Positions 1 to 11,435 of a DNA stretch of 64,000 nt are shown in pieces; within the stretch, counting starts at the first letter, position 1; each line of letters starts with the position of its first letter. The notes below the pieces were generated by a model, which was given only the letters and a program-made list of their open reading frames with translations, made no database searches and had not been told where the DNA came from. Source of the stretch: Octopus sinensis (taxonomy: Eukaryota). A program made the translations under genes and the position numbers. Location: NCBI RefSeq assembly GCF_006345805.1, contig NC_042998.1, forward strand, positions 176,204,001 to 176,268,000, read 5' to 3'.

Positions 1-1390
1 CGAACCGGAACGAGCTCATGCCAGGAGCTATGCTTCGGCGGCCACCGCAACGAATGCACTGGGGGGTGTTGAAAGTGAAAATTGAAAGAGAGCAGTTGTA
101 GAGGGGCAAGAAACTGATCCAGAAGGAGGGGTCAAGTTTAAGGTTGACCCCCTCCAGAGGAATTAACCAGCAGAACGAGGAGGAGGACTGTGGATACAGA
201 ACACTGTTCATAACCAATAAGGAAATAGAGCTGGCGTCAGAGGAAGCCATTGAGAAATGTGTGGAAGAAGTGAAGAGTGCTGCGAAATTCTACACTAGAG
301 GGAGAAGATATGGTACAGAAGAGGTGGGTATGTCACAGAAGAAGAGGCAATAAATCACTCCACTGTGTCGCTGAGATCACAAGAATGGGTGCTCCTGCTG
401 ATCTACTGCGGCAAAAGAGTTGCAAGAATTAGAATCGGCAGAGTGCCACCTGAAATCGAAGAAGCGTGACTGGCAGCAGCCGCAATGTACGGAACCAAAG
501 AGGACGCAAAGTTAATTCAAGTTGCAATAACGAAGAAAATGAATTGAAAGGGTTACTGCCTGGAAATGGTTATCCATGCCACCCAGCAAGACTTGAATGA
601 AATAGCAGAAGAGTTGCTGTTGCCTGAAGATACAAAGATGAGAGTGGTGGTAGAGGGAAGACCGCCCACCTGCTACCACAGTGGAGAAAAGGGGTACATT
701 AAAATAAAGTGCCCTCAGACAAGCAGTGAAACCACAGAGAATCAGGAAGAACAAAAGAGGAGTACCATAACGACAACTTGAGTGCAGGAAGAGTGTATGG
801 AAGATACAGAGGAATGGGGATTCGCCGAAGTATCGAAAAGGAAAAGAAAGGAAACGGTGAATGCACCCCCTAAAAGTACAAATAAGAAGACGAAGAACAG
901 CAAAACTGAGGAGATTATACATCAAGCACACAACCCACAGGGTATACCCACACAGCATACATCACCACCAATAACATCCCCCAAAAAAGAAAACTGCCCC
1001 AGATAGCCCGAGTTCACCCCGTAGACAAGTAGACACTGGCACAGACAGGCATAACACACATTCCCGTAAAAGCCCCACTAAAAACAAAGCATACATAACG
1101 ACATAAAACACGGCAACTAAACAAAAAATCACCAAGTTCAAATCAGTGATTAGACTTAAATTGGCGGCAGAAGAGTACACAGAAAACACAAAAAGCATAG
1201 TGATAGACGGGGGAAGACACGCTAAACTAGGTGAATTGTTAGATTCGAACATTGGCCGTTAGGATTGGAGGTGAGGTAGGGTACCCTATCTCCAGTCGTA
1301 GACTATGAAGAAATAATACCATGTATAAACTGGTAAAAAAGTGTAAGTAAATTACAATATTACAAAAACAGATGAAAATATTATAACGTC
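1..1390 (+). mobile_element. Degraded gag-like/ORF1 remnant of a retroelement (LINE ORF1-like), running off the window start
   Basis: Broken frames give 'RSYASAAT', then 'RVVVEGRPPTCYHSGEKGYIKIKCPQ' (566-781), a decayed CX2CX4HX4C zinc knuckle. 'WGFAEVSKRKRK' and a basic/Thr-rich tail follow. Multiple stops and frameshifts; no ORF2 visible before the (TA)n at ~1405. Confidence 0.6.
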
Positions 1391-1421
1391 AAAAACAGTT
1401 AAATGTATTTATATATATATA

Positions 1422-1453
<32 letters not shown>

Positions 1454-1454
1454 C

Positions 1455-1706
1455 GAGCAAGGCACTTTATTTCACGTTGCTCCAGTTCACTCAGGTGTAG
1501 AAATGAGTTGCGACGTCACTGGTGCCAAGCTGTATCGACCTTTGTCTTTCCCTTGGATAACACTGGTGACGTGGAGAGGGGAGGCTGGTATGCATGGGCG
1601 ACTGCTGGCCTTCCATAAAAACAACCTTGCCCAGACTTGTGTCTAGGAGGGTAACTTTCTAGGTGCAATCCCATGGTCATTCATGACCGAAGGGGGTCTT
1701 TACCCC
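1455..1706 (+). mobile_element. SINE, 5'-truncated (same family as 4290-4620)
   Basis: GAGCAAGGCACTTTATTTCACGTTGCTCCAGTTCACTCAG core and tail GGTCATTCATGACCGAAGGGGG match the reverse complement of 4290-4620. Confidence 0.8.
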
Positions 1707-1740
<34 letters not shown>

Positions 1741-1789
1741 ATATTTGGTATATATATGCATTATATATATATATATTTGAAAAAAATTC

Positions 1790-2575
1790 TATTGAAAATA
1801 AAAAAAGATTTTATTGTAATACATTGTTGAAAAATAATAAATCTGAGTGTGGAAGAAAAATAAATAGATTAAAATGACAAAAAATGCAGTGCTTCTCCGC
1901 TGTTCGTCGATTTTTGCGATGACTGAAACGGAGGAATAGCGTACTTCCGTGAAATTCTGATTTCTGCTGGAGTGAAAACGGCGACCGAAACAGTCGCCCT
2001 GCTTCAAAAAGTTTACAAGGACGCTGCTATGAGCAAAACACGAATTTACGACCTCATGAACGAATGAAAACATCATGAAAATTCATTATTTGACCTTGGA
2101 GGACTGTCACTGCACAATTGACGAACTTGTTGATATGACTGGTGTGTCCTGGATGGAGCTCCTGCCAACGAATTTTGAGCGAGGAATTGCGAATGAAAAG
2201 AGTTCTAGCAAAAGTGTATACTCACTTGCACACGGAAGATCAAAACCAGTCACGACTGAATGTGTGTCGTGAACTGAAAGAACAGATGGAAGTTGATCCG
2301 GACTTTATTTCGAAGATCATCACTGATGACGAAAGCTGGTACTACGGAATTTGTAGATGCGGAAGAGACGAAGAAAAAAACAAAAAGCGACGGAGGTATT
2401 AAAAGGCATCTCTTTGCAAGAGTTCCAACACTGCTTCTAACAGTGGAAAACTCGTCTGGACCGATGCATTGCTTCAAATGTGGAATACTTCGAAGGCGAT
2501 AAAAGTGTAAACATGCAAAACTAGGTGAATAAAATAATATTGCAAAATTCCGGTTTCTTTTGGGTTCCCCTCGTA
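1790..2575 (+). mobile_element. Internally deleted Tc1/mariner transposon remnant
   Basis: Frameshifted N-terminal HTH region at ~1917-2050. 'SSCQRILSEELRMKRVLAK...DPDFISKIITDDESWYYG' carries the first catalytic D motif. It jumps to C-terminal 'EFQHCF*QWKTRLDRCIASNVEYFEG' and ends in a TIR-like ...GGGTTCCCCTCGTA. Confidence 0.8.
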
Positions 2576-2597
2576 TATGTGTGTGTGTGTTTGTGTG

Positions 2598-2995
2598 TGT
2601 GAGGCTGCGATATGTTGATGACACCATTATTCTCTGGTCCCACCAGGAAGGTGTTCAAGTCCTGTTAGATCATGCGAACTCAATAAAGCCATCCATACAG
2701 TTCACAATGGAAAAGGAAAAAAACAATCAGCTAGCATTCCTGGACGTATTAATAACACGCACTAAATATGGATTCAGGACATCCGTATACTGCAAGCCGA
2801 CCTTCATTGGTCGATACCTTAACTTCAATTCCCGCCATGCATCCAGTGTAAAGAGCGGAATTGCTCAGTGCCTAAAACATCGAGCAAAGAATATAAGTAG
2901 CGATCGTGATACCCACCATGAAGAAATGATCAAGCTCAGTAACAATCTATTAAGCAACAACTACCCCAAAAACATACTATCTACTCCAAGACCAG
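2598..2995 (+). mobile_element. Penelope-like element reverse transcriptase fragment
   Basis: 'LRYVDDTIILW...IQFTMEKEKNNQLAFLDVLITR...TSVYCKPTFIGRYLNFNSRH' is the typical PLE RT YVDD-to-thumb region. Confidence 0.85.
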
Positions 2996-3197
2996 ACTGG
3001 TATGCTGGCTCCGTCGTTAGATGCTGGTAGAGGCTCGTTCCCCTGCTCGCAATATATCGGATGCGACTGTGCATTGTTAATCAGCCAGAGATGTTCTCTT
3101 GGGTTTAAAAATCGCAGTAGATTCCGGTCGAACGGAACAGCCATGTTGAAGTGAGTACGAACATTATTTGATATATATATATATATATATATATATA

Positions 3198-3430
3198 TTA
3201 CTCTTTTACTCTTTTACTCTTTTACTTGCTTCAGTCATCTGACTGCGGCCATGCTGGAGCACCGCCTTTAATCGAGAAACTCGACCCCGGGACATATTCT
3301 CTTGTAAGCCCAGTACTTATTCTATCGGTCTCTTTTGCCGAACCGCTAAGTAACGGAGACATAAACACACCAGCATCGGTTGTCAAGCAATGCTAGGGGG
3401 ACAAGCACAGACACACAAACATACACACGC

Positions 3431-3461
<31 letters not shown>

Positions 3462-3625
3462 TACGACGGGCTTCTTTCAGTTTCCGTCTACCAAATCCAC
3501 TCACAAGGCTTTGGTCGGCCCGAGGCTATTGTAGACGACACTTTCCCAAGGTGCCACGCAGTGGGACTGAACCCGGGACCATGTGGTTGGTAAACAAGCT
3601 ACTTACCACACAGCCACTCCTGCGC

Positions 3626-3626
<1 letters not shown>
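3198..3626 (-). mobile_element. Full-length tRNA-derived SINE (family A, CORE-like; probably octopus OR-type)
   Basis: The minus strand starts GGCGCAGGAGTGGCTGTGTGGTAAG (A box) then GGTTCAGTCCC (B box). It has a GGCAAG/GAAAGTGTC core, internal (TA)n/(TG)n, and the tail GGCGGTGCTCCAGCATGGCCGCAG + (GAGTAAAA)n. Several copies lie in the window. Confidence 0.9.
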
Positions 3627-3660
<34 letters not shown>

Positions 3661-3671
3661 CTATCTATTAG

Positions 3672-3723
<52 letters not shown>

Positions 3724-3828
3724 CAATGAATAATAACATGCAATAGATAATTGTCAGCTCATGCACCTACCTAGTGCATTACTTTTTCAAGTACTTGATT
3801 CTATCTGAATCCTCATCTTTGATATATG

Positions 3829-3863
<35 letters not shown>

Positions 3864-4289
3864 GTGTGTGTGTGCGTGCGTGTGTGTGTGTGCGTGCGTG
3901 TGTGTGTGTGTGCGTGTGTGTGTGTGTGCGTGTGTGTGTATGTGCGTGTGTGTGTGTGTCTGTGTGTGTGTGTGTGTGTGTGTGTCTGTCTGTGTGTATG
4001 TGTGTGTCTGTGTGTGTGTCTGTGTGTGCGCGCGCGCGTGTATGGACAGTTTGATAGCTTCCGGAAGTCAGAAGACTGTGTCAAGCACTACTGTCTGCTT
4101 TGGCATGGTTTCCACGGCTGATTACTTTTTCAAAACACCTACACTTTACAGTGTCATGTGTTCTTTTTACGTAGTACTAACAGCTGCGCCGTTACCAAGT
4201 AACTTGCAAGATAATATCCCTGAAGTCAGTGGGGAGTAATACTGTGGGTGGCACCTTTGTATCAAGTGATGTGAGGTTACAATATGAAT

Positions 4290-4620
4290 AAACCCCCCTT
4301 CGGTCATGAATGACCAAGGCATTGCACTTGAAACTTAACCTCCAAGGCACAACCTGGGCAAGGTTGTTTATATAAGACCAGCAATCATCTCTGTGTACCA
4401 GCCTCTCTTCTCCACATCACCAATGTCATCCAAGGGAAAGGAAAAGGGCCGATACAGCTTGCCACCAGTGACTTCGCGACTCATTTCTACGGCTAAGTAA
4501 ACTAGAGCAACGTGATATAAGTGTCTTGCTCAAGAACACAGCATCATCCCGGGTCGGGAATTAAACTCACTATCTCATCATCGTGAACCCGACGCTATAA
4601 CCATTGAGCCATGCGCCTTT
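4290..4620 (-). mobile_element. tRNA-derived SINE (family D)
   Basis: Minus-strand head GGCGCATGGCTCAATGGTTATAGCG...; body matches 1455-1706. Confidence 0.8.
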
Positions 4621-5245
4621 ACAGTATGAATATATAGAAATAAGAAACATGTGTCTTGCTGTAGAGGAAAAAATTTGGCTATCCCAGTTGGATAGAGAGA
4701 GCGAGAGCAAGAGAAGAGAGATTGGAGAAAGACAGAGAAGATGGTGAAGATGTGATGGCGGACTCTCAAGATATGTATCTTGAGAGTGTGTACATGCGTA
4801 GGAAGAAATACACATCATAGAAGTTTGCTACAAGCAAACATGACTTGTCCTAGCAAAAATCGGGCCGGGCGGTGGTGTTTCCGTTAGCAGAAGTAATGTC
4901 ATAAATAATTCTTTTTAATATGGACACAGAACCTGATGTTTTAAAGAGAAGAATTAGTATATTAAATCAACCCCAGTACTCTATTATTATATAAATTACG
5001 GTTACACGCATGCACACACACACGCGCGTTCGCGCACACACACGCTAGCGCGCGCACACGCGCACACGCACATACGCACGCACGCATGCACGCACGCATG
5101 CAAACACACATACACATACACATGCTCAAATGCAAACGCAGATAATTGATTTCATGGATCGCAGTGTGTTTTTCTCCTCTGCCGTTCTGTCATACAATTA
5201 TCAATCCCTTACCATTCTCTCTGTCTCTGTTTGTCTGTCTCAATG

Positions 5246-5295
<50 letters not shown>

Positions 5296-5609
5296 ATATA
5301 TATTGGAAGGTTTGGAGATGATGTACAGGTATTATATATTAGAAAAAATGAGGTAATCAGAAGATCGGATGGTTTATATTTACAGATATTTATTTAATAT
5401 TACATTTTTTTACATATATATCATATAACTTTTTACATATATATCATATAACTGTAAAAAATGTAATATATAAATAAATATCTGTAAATATAAACCCATC
5501 CGATCTTCTGATACCTCATTTCTTCTAACATATATATATATATATGTATATATAATATATATATGTATAATATATATATATATATTATATATATATTATA
5601 TAAATTTTA

Positions 5610-5800
5610 ATCCAAAAGGAAAACAAAAAAACAACAACAACAGGAACAATTACAGTTTATTATTAATAGGCGCTCAGGAGATGGAAGCAGGGAGGTATGA
5701 CTTCGAGCGGAGCTCTTCGTCGGAAAACATAAGAGGAAGAGAGAGGAAAAAGATCCCAGAGCGGGCAACAGGGAAGAGAAAAAAGACGACTGGTGTTTAC
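5610..5800 (-). mobile_element. PLE-type terminal repeat with decayed hammerhead core (sister of 33290-33475)
   Basis: Minus strand reads TATGTTTT-CCGACGA-A-GAGC-TCC-GCTC-GAAGTC...CCTGAGCG, which aligns to 33339-33410. Confidence 0.6.
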
Positions 5801-6900
5801 GAGTTGCACATGGTGAAGGCGGATGTTGACGATAACAAGAGCAAAGTGGGTTTTTAAAGGCAAAAGAGTGGAGACAAGGTTGGTAACCCAACAGATGTGT
5901 GTGTATGTGTGAGTGTGTGCATGTGCGTGTGTGTATGTGTGTGTGTGAGGCGAGATGAAAAAACAAAAATATATGTGTGTTTAGTGTGTGCGTCTGTGTG
6001 TAGGCGTGTGAGGTAGGGCGAGACTAGTGGTCAGCTAGCAGACAAGAAAAAGAAGGAAGGAGGAAGGGAGGTCAGTAGTAAGAAAAAGAAGGAAGGAGAA
6101 GGGGGAGGGGAAGGGGTGGGGCGTATGTAGCGTGCCAGCGTGTGTTGAGTAGTAGTGTGTGTGTGTGTCCAGTGTCGTGGTGGTATTAATGAGTAGATTG
6201 AATGTGTGTAAGAGTGATGTATATATATAGGCAAGGTGTGTATATGTGTGCGCGTGTGTGTACGAAAAAAGGGGGGGGTTAAGGAAAAGGACTCCAGCTG
6301 AGGGGAAGATGGAAGAGTGGTCCCGCGGAGACAGGCGTGGAAAACCCAACGACACGCGACGGTCCCAGAACGGGCGGGAGGTCTCGTCAGGTCCAAGGGC
6401 GAGGTGTATGCGACGCGTATGCAACGCGAGCCGGCGTAAGTGCGTATGTGCGCGTGCCTGCGAGTATGCGAGTACGTATGTATGTGTGGATGTGTGAGTG
6501 TGTCTGTGTGTATGTCTGGGTGGCAGGTGTGTGCGATGAATGTATGTGAGTATGTGTGTATGTATTGTGTGCATAGATGTATGTCCGTGTGTGTGTGTGT
6601 ATGTGTGTGAGTGTATGTATGTACGTGTGGGTGTGGGGAAGTGTGTGTATGTGCATGTGTGTGCGCGTACATACAGGTGTGTGAGTAAGTGTGTGTGTGT
6701 GTATGTATGTGTGAGTGTGTATGTATGTGTGAGTGTGTATGTATGTGTGTGTCGGATGCATGTATGTGTATGGGTGTATGTATGCGTATATATATATATA
6801 TAATAACAATTTAACAATTAAAACATATGCATACATACATACATACATATATGTACATACCTACATCTATATGTATATATACATGCATATATATATATAT

Positions 6901-7019
6901 ACTTTATTTTAAGCAGCAGAAATTTTCTGCTGCTTAAAATAAAGCATATTACTCTACCACTGGTATTTGAGTACTCTTTTTTCCACCTTGTTTCACATTT
7001 ATGTGTTTACTACTCCGGT
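6901..7019 (-). mobile_element. Short element in (TA)n ending in a 43-bp palindrome; sister of 30749-30995
   Basis: 6945-7019 is the reverse complement of 30749-30820. 6902-6944 is CTTTATTTTAAGCAGCAGAAA|TTTTCTGCTGCTTAAAATAAAG. Confidence 0.85.
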
Positions 7020-7029
7020 ATAATATATA

Positions 7030-7087
<58 letters not shown>

Positions 7088-7091
7088 TAGA

Positions 7092-7390
7092 TAGATATAA
7101 GTACAGGACACCACAAATAAACGTAGAACACAACGAGAAATGAAAACATAAAACAAATATGGAAACGGACTTTTTTTAACAACGAAAAAACAGAGTACAA
7201 GACAAACAATACAAGGAATATTCCCCTCCATCAGCTGCCCTTGGTTCGACTCAATGCGTGTTTCGAAGGTAAGGGCAGAACACGATCCAGCCGAAACAAT
7301 CCTTCCCGCAAAATGAATTAAATAAAATTCTTTTGCAGAGGGGTAAAAAAAGAAGAAAGAAGTGACAAGAACAGGACGTAAAAGCAATAC
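7092..7390. repeat. Dispersed repeat (diverged second copy at 48875-49150), possibly a PLE terminal region
   Basis: Shared GTACAGGACA..., GAATATTCC..., TTTCGAAGG(T/C)AAGG, TCCTTCCCGCAAA and AAGAACAGGAC blocks in the same order. Confidence 0.6.
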
Positions 7391-7399
7391 AAATAAAAA

Positions 7400-7636
7400 T
7401 ACAGTACACATAAAGAATAAAAACAGGACAAGGAAACCAACATTGAGGGCTTTTTTAAGCCTAGACGGTGGAAAAATTCGTTGGAGTGCAATTCAGAAAA
7501 TCGACTTGCTAGAGATAGAAGAACTAGCAAGTCGATTTTCTGAATTGCGCTCCAACGAATTTTTCCACCGTCTAGGCTTAAAAAAGCCCTCAATGCTGGT
7601 TTCCTTGTCCTGTTTTTATTCTTAATGTGTACTGTA
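7400..7636. repeat. Long inverted repeat (113-bp arms, 11-nt loop)
   Basis: 7400-7512 is the reverse complement of 7524-7636 with 3 mismatches; the loop is AGATAGAAGAA. The ORF track shows the same peptide on both strands. Confidence 0.95.
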
Positions 7637-7639
7637 CAA

Positions 7640-8230
7640 CTGGTAATTGTTTTATCGTCTCCTGAAAAGATGAAAGGTAAAGTGGACCCCGATGGAATTT
7701 GAATATACAACGCAAACACAGAAGAAATGCCACTAAGCATTTTACCTGGTGCAGTAAGGATTCTTATTTCTTTATTGCCCACAAGTCACTAAACATAGAG
7801 GGGACAAACAAGGACAAACGAAGGGATTAAGTCGATTACATCGACCCCAGTGCGTAACTGGTACTTAATTTATCGACCCCGAAAGGCTGAAACGCAAAAG
7901 TCGATCTCGGCGGAATTTGAACTCAGAACGTAACGGCAGACGAAATACCTATTTCTTTACTACTCACAAGGGGCTAAACACAGAGACGACAATCAAGGAC
8001 AGACAAACGAATTAAGTCGATTATATCGACCCCAGTGCGTAACTGGTACTTATTTAATCGACCCCGAAAGGATGAAAGGCAAAGTCGACCTCGGCGGAAT
8101 TTGAACTCAGAACGTAACGGCAGACGAAATACCGCTAAGCATTTCGCCCGGCGTGCTAACGATTCTGCCAGCTCGCTGCCTTAAGTAAGAATCCTTACTG
8201 GTGTAGTAAGGATTCTGCCAACTCGCCGTC
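7640..8230 (-). mobile_element. Nested/tandem SINEs of family B (three core units)
   Basis: Minus head GGC(A)GCGAGCTGGCAGAATCGTTAGC and a repeated core GTTCAAATTCCGCCGAGGTCGACTTTGCCTTTCATCCTTTCGGGGTCGAT...AGTACCAG, resembling Deu/Nin-type SINE domains. Confidence 0.85.
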
Positions 8231-8521
8231 TCACCCTTAATGATATATTAAACTGTAATAACGGGTCCCTACACAACCTGAGCCTCAATTATGAAGTACC
8301 CGCACAAACGACTTTAATATAGGACTGTCATGCCATACAGTATGATATAAGTATGTATCGATGCATGCATGTTTGTTTTATTTTTTTAGTTTCATACCAA
8401 TGGAAAAAATTGGTTTCTAGCCTCGAAACACTCATTGGAAACTAAAAATAAGTGTTCTACGCGTAGACGTAGATATGTATACATATATACATATTCAATG
8501 TATGTATGTACGCTTGTATTA

Positions 8522-8559
<38 letters not shown>

Positions 8560-8726
8560 GTATATATATGTATATGTATATATATTATATATGTATATAT
8601 ATATATGTATATGTATATATTATATATGTATATGTATATATATATATGTATATGTATAGATATATATATGTATATATATATATATATATATATACATATA
8701 TATATACTACATATATTACATATATA

Positions 8727-8779
<53 letters not shown>

Positions 8780-8845
8780 TATGTATATATATGTATATGT
8801 ATGTATATATATATATATGTATATGTATATTATATATATATATGT

Positions 8846-8879
<34 letters not shown>

Positions 8880-8884
8880 ATATA

Positions 8885-8916
<32 letters not shown>

Positions 8917-9246
8917 ACACACACCACACATATATATATATAATATATATATATATATACATAATATATATACACACACACACACACACCACACACACGC
9001 ACATATATATATATATATATACATATATATACATACATGCATGTGTGTGTGTGTGTGTGAGTGTGTGTGTAATATTGATTGAGTTCTTTCATCCCCTTCA
9101 GGTATTGTCATGACGAATCCCTGAAAGTGTTCAACAAACAGTATTAATCACTTTCTGACTACTTCCTTTTATTAATATATAAAATCTGTACACCACTACA
9201 AACACTCTATACATACATAAATGCATACATGTGTATGTATAGATGT

Positions 9247-9281
<35 letters not shown>

Positions 9282-9499
9282 ATGTGTGTGTGTGTAGTGT
9301 ACATGAACAAACGTGTGTAGGCAGGTATGCTTGTCATTGCATTTGTGGATCTTATTACATGTATTAAATGAATGTTTTACATATTTTAATTGTATCTTTG
9401 ACATGTACTTGTAAGCTGATTAAACGTATTCTTTGCTGTGTTGTGAATTCCGGTTCCTCAAGATTGATACTGCAGCAATGAACCTCATAATATAAAGCC

Positions 9500-10660
9500 C
9501 CAATAAGTATTAGTGGAAATCTAAATTTCAAGTTCGTTTAGAGTACCTGCAGGATTTATGTTGGGCTTGCATTTTGTTAAAGTCTTGACAGGAAAATTCC
9601 ACAAGTATTCTTTCGAATTATCCGTAATTATGCCCTTCAAATCACTGTAGCTTCCTATATTTGTGTTCAGAGTATTATACTTTCTACAGTTTTCCTTATA
9701 CAGTGTTCATAATTAGAAATCTCAGACAGCAACTTATGAGTTGGATGACATCCTTAATGTTATTTTCACAAAATCTACATCTGTTGTCGCCTCTGGTGGT
9801 TTATCAGCATCCCCATCCGTTTTGTGTATCAGGTATTTTGTGGCAGTTTTCCGCTCTTTTATCATAGAAATATACCCTTCAATGTTAGAGCTAATATCCT
9901 AGTTCTTAAACTAGTATAAACTACTGTTTGTCAATGCCATTGTCACTTTGAAACCTTCTGGGAATATTTTTGTTTGTTTGTTTGTTCCTTCTCGAGCCCC
10001 GCCTGGCTCATAAGGGCCGGTTTCCCGGTTTCCTTGGCGTATAGGTTCCCCACCTGTACGGGACGCCGGTCCGCGCAGGTGAGCTGCAAGATGCAGGAGG
10101 AAAAAGTGAGAGAAAGTTGTGGCGAATGAATCAGCAGAAGTTTGCCATTACCTTCTGCTGGAGCCGCGTGGAGCTTAGGTGTTTCGCTCATAAACACATA
10201 CATCACCCGGTCTGAGATTCGAACCCGCTATCCCTCGATCGCAAGTCCGCTGCTCTGACCACTAGGCCATGTGCCTCCACTTCTGGGAATATAGCTACGC
10301 ATGACCTTTTGCTGGTAAGTATGCAGCCTCTTTTCTGATGACCCGTTGCAGTAGAGTTGGGTAGATTCTCTAGGTGTATATCCCAGTTCATAAGTCATGG
10401 AATATTTTCTGAGAAGCTCCATTCCAATTCTCATGATGTTATCGACCTCAAGTGTGCAGACTTGATCCTTGGCTGGATTTCAATATTTGGTAATTAGTTA
10501 ATGAAATCGAAGAGATATGAGTGCGAGATTCAAAGGCTGTTTGAATCAATGCTTTGTCTCTGCTACCTTGTTTTCGTTTTTAAGTAAAAGTAGTCGAAAT
10601 TACCATTGATGTGGAAATCCCCGGTAAATTTTCGTGCTTTAACAAAAATAGCGTAGATCT
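9500..10660 (-). mobile_element. Old R4/Dong-like (RLE) LINE remnant, interrupted by a SINE
   Basis: Minus frames give 'GDFHINGNFDYFYLK' (post-RT), 'KTATKYLIHK' and 'NRCRFCENNIKDVIQLISCC' (CCHC finger). These are comparable to the corresponding regions of this LINE type, including the finger of 39197-40331. Confidence 0.55.
9968..10279 (-). mobile_element. tRNA-derived SINE family C with (AAAC)n tail and ~13-bp TSD
   Basis: Head GTGGAGGCACATGGCCTAGTGGTCAGAGCAGCGGAC...GGGTTCGAATC. TSD CTTCTGGGAATAT at 9955-9967 and 10280-10292. Confidence 0.9.
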
Positions 10661-10930
10661 CATTTAGCGTCCTATGTATGTACTACGTATGTATGTATGT
10701 ATGTATGTATGTATGTATGTATGTATGTATGTATGTATGTATGTATGTATGTATGTATGTATATGTACTACGTATGTATGTATGTATGTATGTATATATG
10801 TATGTATGTATGTATGTATGTACGTATGCATGCATGCATTATGAATGCATGTAGGTATGTATGTACACACACATATACATATATATACGAATATACATAT
10901 CTTTATATGTATTTATCTATGTAGATGTAC

Positions 10931-10979
<49 letters not shown>

Positions 10980-10990
10980 TGATGATGATG

Positions 10991-11240
10991 ATAAACAAAA
11001 ACCAAGCAGATTCCTAATGTAGGTTATGTAAATCAAAAGAGGAAAGTGTAACCCACATAGTAAATGAATGTAGCATTCTGGCACAGAAAGAATACAAGAA
11101 AAAACATGACAACCTAGGGAGAGTAATCCACTGGGAGTTATGTAGAAAGCCAGGATTTGAATATACTCATAAAGGGTACGAACATGAACCTAATAAAGTA
11201 CTTTTTCTTTTCCAGCATCTGTTGTAAGTATATGAAAATA
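10991..11240 (+). mobile_element. R4/Dong-like LINE zinc-finger fragment between (TAA)n tracts
   Basis: 'CRLCKSKEESVTHIVNECSILAQKEYKKKHDNLGRVIHWELC' is the CX2C..H...C / RHD / IHW motif. (AAT)n lies at 10931-10980 and 11241-11320. Confidence 0.85.
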
Positions 11241-11267
11241 GTAATAATAATAATAATAATAATAATG

Positions 11268-11313
<46 letters not shown>

Positions 11314-11334
11314 TAATAATTCTTTCTACTATAG

Positions 11335-11435
11335 TCACAAGACCTGGAATTTGTGGAGAGGGGTATAGTCGATCACTTCAACCCCCAGTACTTGACTAGT
11401 ACTTATTTTGTCGACCTCGAAAGGATGAAAAGCAA
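11335..11435 (-). mobile_element. SINE family B fragment
   Basis: CCCCAGTACTTGACTAGTACTTATTTTGTCGACCTCGAAAGGATGAAA matches the family B core. Confidence 0.7.

Noticed and set aside
7215-7300. Possible type II hammerhead on the minus strand (also 48970-49060)
   Set aside because: GAAA and CUGANGA-like words are present, but stem I cannot close and the cores are mutated.
10215-10279. tRNA-like sequences (also 3570-3626, 18838-18925, 31363-31430)
   Set aside because: They are SINE heads with A/B boxes that continue into SINE bodies and lack a complete cloverleaf.
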